Assembly: GCA_044356215.1 (NCBI GenBank)
Contig: JBIKWQ010000027.1
Span: forward strand, 1 to 41,638
Reading direction: 5' to 3'
DNA: 41,638 nucleotides
Source of the DNA: Bdellovibrionota bacterium
Lineage (GTDB): Bacteria; Bdellovibrionota_C; UBA2361; OMII01
The position numbers and the translations under genes are program-made. Under the pieces are notes generated by a model. That model had not been told where the DNA came from. It saw only the letters and a list, made by a program, of their open reading frames with translations, and did not search any database. Positions 38,041 to 41,638 of the stretch are shown one piece after another (the stretch's first letter is position 1; every line of letters begins with the position of its first letter).

Positions 38041-38223
38041 GGAAGGCCGGCAAAACCTACCCGTAGCGAGAAAGTGGAGGTTGAGTTGATATTCGATTTT
38101 CGAGATGGGAAAAAACCGCAGGTGTATCCCCTGTGATACATTGAGGATTTTTTCCCATCTCGAAAGCTCGAAGAGCACCTCAAGATCCGCTTTCGCAGTA
38201 GGGAGGGGTTTTGCCGGCCTTCC
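38041..38223. mobile_element. MITE family B, IS5-like (183 bp)
   Basis: Perfect 17-bp terminal IR GGAAGGCCGGCAAAACC; TTAG on both sides (38037-38040, 38224-38227); perfect inner 18-bp IR. Confidence 0.85.
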
Positions 38224-38229
38224 TTAGGA

Positions 38230-38390
38230 TAGGGCGTCGCAGTTCTTTGTCACCACAGAGGACGCAGAGGACACAGAGAACGGCCATTTTATCGGCAATT
38301 ATAAGGTTTTCTCTGTGTCCTCTGCGTCCTCTGTGGTAAAAATATTTTACTGATTGTCTCAGTAGCTTACCAAAAATACTGCGACGCCTG
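38230..38390 (-). mobile_element. MITE family A, copy 3 (161 bp, reverse orientation)
   Basis: Ends TAGGGCGTCGCAGT / ACTGCGACGCCTG; intact 29-bp hairpin; no clean TSD. Confidence 0.85.
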
Positions 38391-38437
38391 CAGTTAAGTT
38401 ATCTCTCTCTGCTAATATTAATAAGCCCATAGGCGAT

Positions 38438-39574
38438 ATGACACTCGATTTAGACGCAAATGCAACTTATGCCGCGGGAGACTCCCTGCGCGAGAAGCTT
38501 TTTGCCGAGTGGCGGAAACTAGGAAACCCGTCATCGCTTCATCGGGGAGGTCAGCGGGCTAAAGCAGCGGTTGAGAGCGCTCGGGAAAAGTTGAGGCACC
38601 TTGTAGGAGCTGGGGCACGAGATCAAATAGTATTTACATCAGGAGCTACTGAAGCAAACAACTTAGTTGTTGCCGCTCTAAGTGTTGGTGCGTCACATAT
38701 ACTCTCATCGACCATAGAGCATCCGTGCGTATTACTACCGTTGAAGCGGGCAGTTAATGGAGGCGCGTCTGTAACTCTAGTTGACCCTAATTTTAACGGT
38801 GAGATCGATAGCGCATCCGTTTTGCCTCATATCACCGCCACCACTAAGCTAGTTTCAATTATGGCGGCTAACAATGAAACCGGAGTTATAAACGACATTC
38901 TGCGTATATCAGGAGCTGTACGTACTGCTAATAGCGGAGCTGTAATTCACTCAGACGCGGCGCAGCTTGTAGGTAAGCTCGCGCTTGATTTCTCAAAGCT
39001 CGGATTAGATTGCATGACTATATCCGGACATAAGTTTGGAGCACTCACCGGAATCGGCGCATTAGTTATCCGAGAGGGGGTTGATCTGGCTCCACTGATT
39101 TTAGGCGGTCCTCAGGAGCACAAGCTACGAGGTGGCACTGAGAACGTCCTAGGAATTATATCAATCGGGATCGCGGCAGAAGAGGTGAGAGAGGATTTGG
39201 CCCGACGTGAGCGATCGATGCGAGAGGCTCGCGATGCGTTTGAGAGGGGGATAAAAGAGTTAGTTCCGCGGATCGATATAAATGGATCCTCTGTAAATCG
39301 ATTGCCAAACACTTCTAGTGTATTTATTGAGGGAATCAGGGCTGATGACCTCCTCGTTGCATTGGATCTTGAAGGGGTCTTAATATCATCTGGAGCCGCG
39401 TGCTCTTCAGGCAAGCCAGAACCGTCCCACGTCCTCTCAGCCATGGGTCAGGACGAAGATCGCGTAAAAAGTACAGTTAGGGTAAGCTTTAGAGGCGATC
39501 AAGACGGTGAGGTAGGAACCAGGGCCGCTCGAGTAATATCATCAATAGTTTCAAGGATGCGAGGATTAAAGTGA
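38438..39574 (+). CDS. Cysteine desulfurase (IscS/NifS group I)
   Basis: LDANAT, GNPSSLH, FTSGATEANN, ANNETG, SGHKFG (PLP Lys), SSGAACSSG; GTGA overlap with mnmA. Confidence 0.96.
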   Translation: MTLDLDANATYAAGDSLREKLFAEWRKLGNPSSLHRGGQRAKAAVESAREKLRHLVGAGARDQIVFTSGATEANNLVVAALSVGASHILSSTIEHPCVLLPLKRAVNGGASVTLVDPNFNGEIDSASVLPHITATTKLVSIMAANNETGVINDILRISGAVRTANSGAVIHSDAAQLVGKLALDFSKLGLDCMTISGHKFGALTGIGALVIREGVDLAPLILGGPQEHKLRGGTENVLGIISIGIAAEEVREDLARRERSMREARDAFERGIKELVPRIDINGSSVNRLPNTSSVFIEGIRADDLLVALDLEGVLISSGAACSSGKPEPSHVLSAMGQDEDRVKSTVRVSFRGDQDGEVGTRAARVISSIVSRMRGLK

Positions 39575-40692
39575 GTAGCGCGGAAGTAGCAGGAGTATTG
39601 CCCTCGGTAGTTGTTGCGATGTCAGGCGGGGTTGATTCGTCTGTAGCGGCACACCTTCTTGCTAAGCAGGGATATCCGTTGGTCGGCGTCTCGATGCAGG
39701 TGTGGGATTACAAAAAGAACTCCAGTGAGAATAGCCGCGCCACGTGTTGCTCGCCGGCTGATTTCTGTGACGCTCGAATGGTGGCTTCAAAGCTTGAGAT
39801 CCCTTTTTACGTGGTCGATTTTGAGAAGACTTTCGAGCGTGAGGTTATAAATCGCTTCGTCGACACCTATCAGCGAGGGCTGACACCAAATCCGTGTATA
39901 GACTGCAATAGCAAGGTGAAATTTAGAGAGTTACGTGATCGCGCTGCCTCATTTGGATGTTCCTTAGTAGCAACCGGGCACTATGCGCGGATCAAAAAAA
40001 CAGATCAGGGCTATCACCTCCTGCGAGGTCGCGATCTCGCTAAGGATCAGAGTTATTTTCTTTATACATGCAGGCAGGAAGAGCTCGGTTCGACTCTTTT
40101 CCCGGTAGGCGATTACACAAAGCCTGAGATCCGAGAGATCGCGAGAGAAGCTGGTCTTCCAACAGCTAGCAAGCCAGAGAGCCAGGATATCTGTTTTGTC
40201 TCGGGAAGCGTGCAGGATTTTGTCACACAGATAGGCGGCGGTAAGGGGAAGGGAAAGTTTGTTACTCAGAGCGGCTCGGTAGTCGGAGAGCACGAAGGTG
40301 TGCACCGGTATACAGTTGGACAGCGTCGCGGTTTGAATTTAGGAGGAGCAAGTGAGCCTCTTTATGTAGTTGGTTTGAACGCCGCGACTAACGAGGTAGT
40401 TGTTGGTGCTAAATCAGATCTAAAGCGCGATGGCTTTGAGGTCGGAGAGATGCACTGGGTATCGCCATTTCTTATAGCGGCGGTCGCTAGGGCTGAGTAT
40501 CCATTCCAGTTTGAAGCGATAGTGCAGGTGCGGTCCAGGCACGATGGGGTTAGAGCAACCGTAAAAGTTTTAAGTGCAGATTCAATCTCGGTTTCGTGGG
40601 GTGATGAATGGTCTGCTGTGTCACCTGGGCAAGCTGCTGTTATCTACGATCTTGCTAACGAGGAGCTGTTGGGTGGTGGAAGGATTGTTTAG
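39571..40692 (+). CDS. mnmA: tRNA 2-thiouridine(34) synthase
   Basis: AMSGGVDSSVAA, TPNPCIDCN, ATGHYAR, KDQSYFL, ESQDICF, YTVGQRRG, PGQAAV.Y. Confidence 0.98.
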   Translation: MSSAEVAGVLPSVVVAMSGGVDSSVAAHLLAKQGYPLVGVSMQVWDYKKNSSENSRATCCSPADFCDARMVASKLEIPFYVVDFEKTFEREVINRFVDTYQRGLTPNPCIDCNSKVKFRELRDRAASFGCSLVATGHYARIKKTDQGYHLLRGRDLAKDQSYFLYTCRQEELGSTLFPVGDYTKPEIREIAREAGLPTASKPESQDICFVSGSVQDFVTQIGGGKGKGKFVTQSGSVVGEHEGVHRYTVGQRRGLNLGGASEPLYVVGLNAATNEVVVGAKSDLKRDGFEVGEMHWVSPFLIAAVARAEYPFQFEAIVQVRSRHDGVRATVKVLSADSISVSWGDEWSAVSPGQAAVIYDLANEELLGGGRIV

Positions 40693-40704
40693 GGAAGCGA
40701 GGCC

Positions 40705-41088
40705 CTAGCGAGTGGGTTTGATATGTGACTCCAACCAATCGGTGATGGCCTTAAGATTTGCTCGCTCCGTAATTAATGTAATCTCTATGAAATGCACACC
40801 TTCAGAAGCTTCAACACGCAGCATTAATCCATTCATTCTGAGAAATACCGCCGTAAGAGCGAACGCGACTCTCGTGTTACCGTCTACAAATGGGTCATTC
40901 ATAGCTAAGCTTTGCATCAGCGCTGCTGCTTGCTCAGAAATTGAACGGTAGTGTCCAGAGCGCGGTCTCGCGAGGGCACTTTCAAGTAGGCCCTTATCAA
41001 GGACACCCGCCTTGCCTCCAAAGCGCTGAATGAGCAGCTCATGAAGATAGAGCGCCTCATCAAGGGTAGGGTAGAAGGTCTCCTTCAT
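40705..41088 (-). CDS. Death-on-curing (Doc/Fic) family toxin with altered catalytic motif
   Basis: LH..LI..FGG..GV.D.GLLESALARP, AAAL..SL..N(D)PFVDGN(T)R.AF, FL..NG. Confidence 0.92.
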   Translation of the reverse strand: MKETFYPTLDEALYLHELLIQRFGGKAGVLDKGLLESALARPRSGHYRSISEQAAALMQSLAMNDPFVDGNTRVAFALTAVFLRMNGLMLRVEASEGVHFIEITLITERANLKAITDWLESHIKPTR

Positions 41089-41300
41089 TTAGCAAGCTCT
41101 TTGAGTAACTCTTCGTGTTGGTTGAGAATCTCATCGACCGTAGTTCGGAATGCAGGACGGACCTCTACTCGTTCCATGTACTCAGCAACCGCCTCCGAGA
41201 CGATCTGGGCAATAGCCCTGTCAGAGCTTTGTGCGTACTGCCTAAGGCGCGCTAACACGTCCTTGTTCATCTTAGTACTGAATTTAACAGTTGTAGCCAT
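41085..41300 (-). CDS. Putative ribbon-helix-helix antitoxin
   Basis: 71 aa, alternating N-terminal strand VKFSTKM plus two helices, C-terminal ELLKELAK; ATGA overlap with doc. Confidence 0.8.
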   Translation of the reverse strand: MATTVKFSTKMNKDVLARLRQYAQSSDRAIAQIVSEAVAEYMERVEVRPAFRTTVDEILNQHEELLKELAK

Positions 41301-41307
41301 ATGTTTT

Positions 41308-41337
41308 ATAATGTCATGACACGTCGTGACTAGTCAA
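41308..41337 (-). promoter_or_regulatory. TA operon promoter with palindromic operator
   Basis: TTGACT-N18-CATTAT with TG extension; palindromes TGTCATGACA (41312-41321) and GTCGTGAC (41323-41330) in the spacer. Confidence 0.65.
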
Positions 41338-41350
41338 GATATTAGATCCG

Positions 41351-41504
41351 CAGGGCGTTGCAGTGTTTTTGGTAAGCTGCTGGGATGATTAGTAAAATAT
41401 TTTCTACCACAGAGGACGCAGAGACAACTCTATAATTGCCCATAAAATGGCCGTTCTCTGTGTCCTCTGCGTCCTCTGTGGTGATAAAGAACTGCGACGC
41501 CCTA
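41351..41504 (+). mobile_element. MITE family A, copy 4 (154 bp, one 9-mer unit missing)
   Basis: Ends CAGGGCGTTGCAGT / ACTGCGACGCCCTA; left hairpin arm lacks GACACAGAG. Confidence 0.85.
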
Positions 41505-41513
41505 ATCAGCGAG

Positions 41514-41638
41514 TAGGGCGTCGCAGTGTTTTTGGTAAGTTACGGAGACAATTAGTAAAATATTTTTTACCACAGAGGACGCAGAGGACACAGAGAAAAC
41601 CCCATAATTGCCCATAAAATGGCCGTTCTCTGTGTCCT
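41514..41638 (+). mobile_element. MITE family A, copy 5 (cut by window end)
   Basis: Starts TAGGGCGTCGCAGT 9 bp after copy 4; collinear with copies 1 and 4. Confidence 0.85.

Noticed and set aside
37966..38178. 70-aa ORF on the minus strand
   Set aside because: Starts inside the IS5-like MITE; no transposase motifs
41513..41520. GTAGGGCG as a GTAG-family REP with RAYT
   Set aside because: GTAG is not conserved at the ends of other copies, 9-bp TSDs point to a DDE mechanism, and no RAYT gene is present
41351..41638. CRISPR array interpretation of the adjacent repeats
   Set aside because: Units are about 160 bp with a 9-bp gap, other copies are dispersed with TSDs, and there are no cas genes

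Overview
Bacterial chromosomal window of mostly housekeeping and envelope genes, about 38 credible CDS. In order: pgk, a Nif3-family gene, accD, lptD, a nucleotide-sugar block (rfbB, rfbD, manC, gmd, rmd-like), a small patch of decayed genes, an atypical sigma54 activator, YihY-wHTH, an M16 peptidase pair, a hyper-acidic protein, ftsK, GspL/M/N-like genes behind a class A PBP, ruvAB, DUF4390 plus an NtrY-like kinase, fbp, a GT4 glycosyltransferase, cysteine desulfurase-mnmA, and an RHH-antitoxin/Doc module. Gene style suggests a deltaproteobacteria-like lineage (weak inference). No tRNA, rRNA, CRISPR array or transposase was seen. The main unannotated signal is non-coding. (1) A family of ~162-bp intergenic elements (5 copies plus relics) has 14-bp terminal inverted repeats (YAGGGCGTCGCAGT), 9-bp target-site duplications at two copies, and a near-invariant 29-bp hairpin built from 9-mer repeats. 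Two copies form a head-to-tail dimer spaced by exactly 9 bp. (2) A second, unrelated 183-bp IS5-like MITE with a TTAG duplication folds as a rod and abuts one of those copies. Other points of note: a Doc toxin with both catalytic residues substituted, a pseudo-receiver GAFTSA activator, an in-frame internally deleted ABC binding protein, and TAG as the commonest stop codon (19 of 38 genes).
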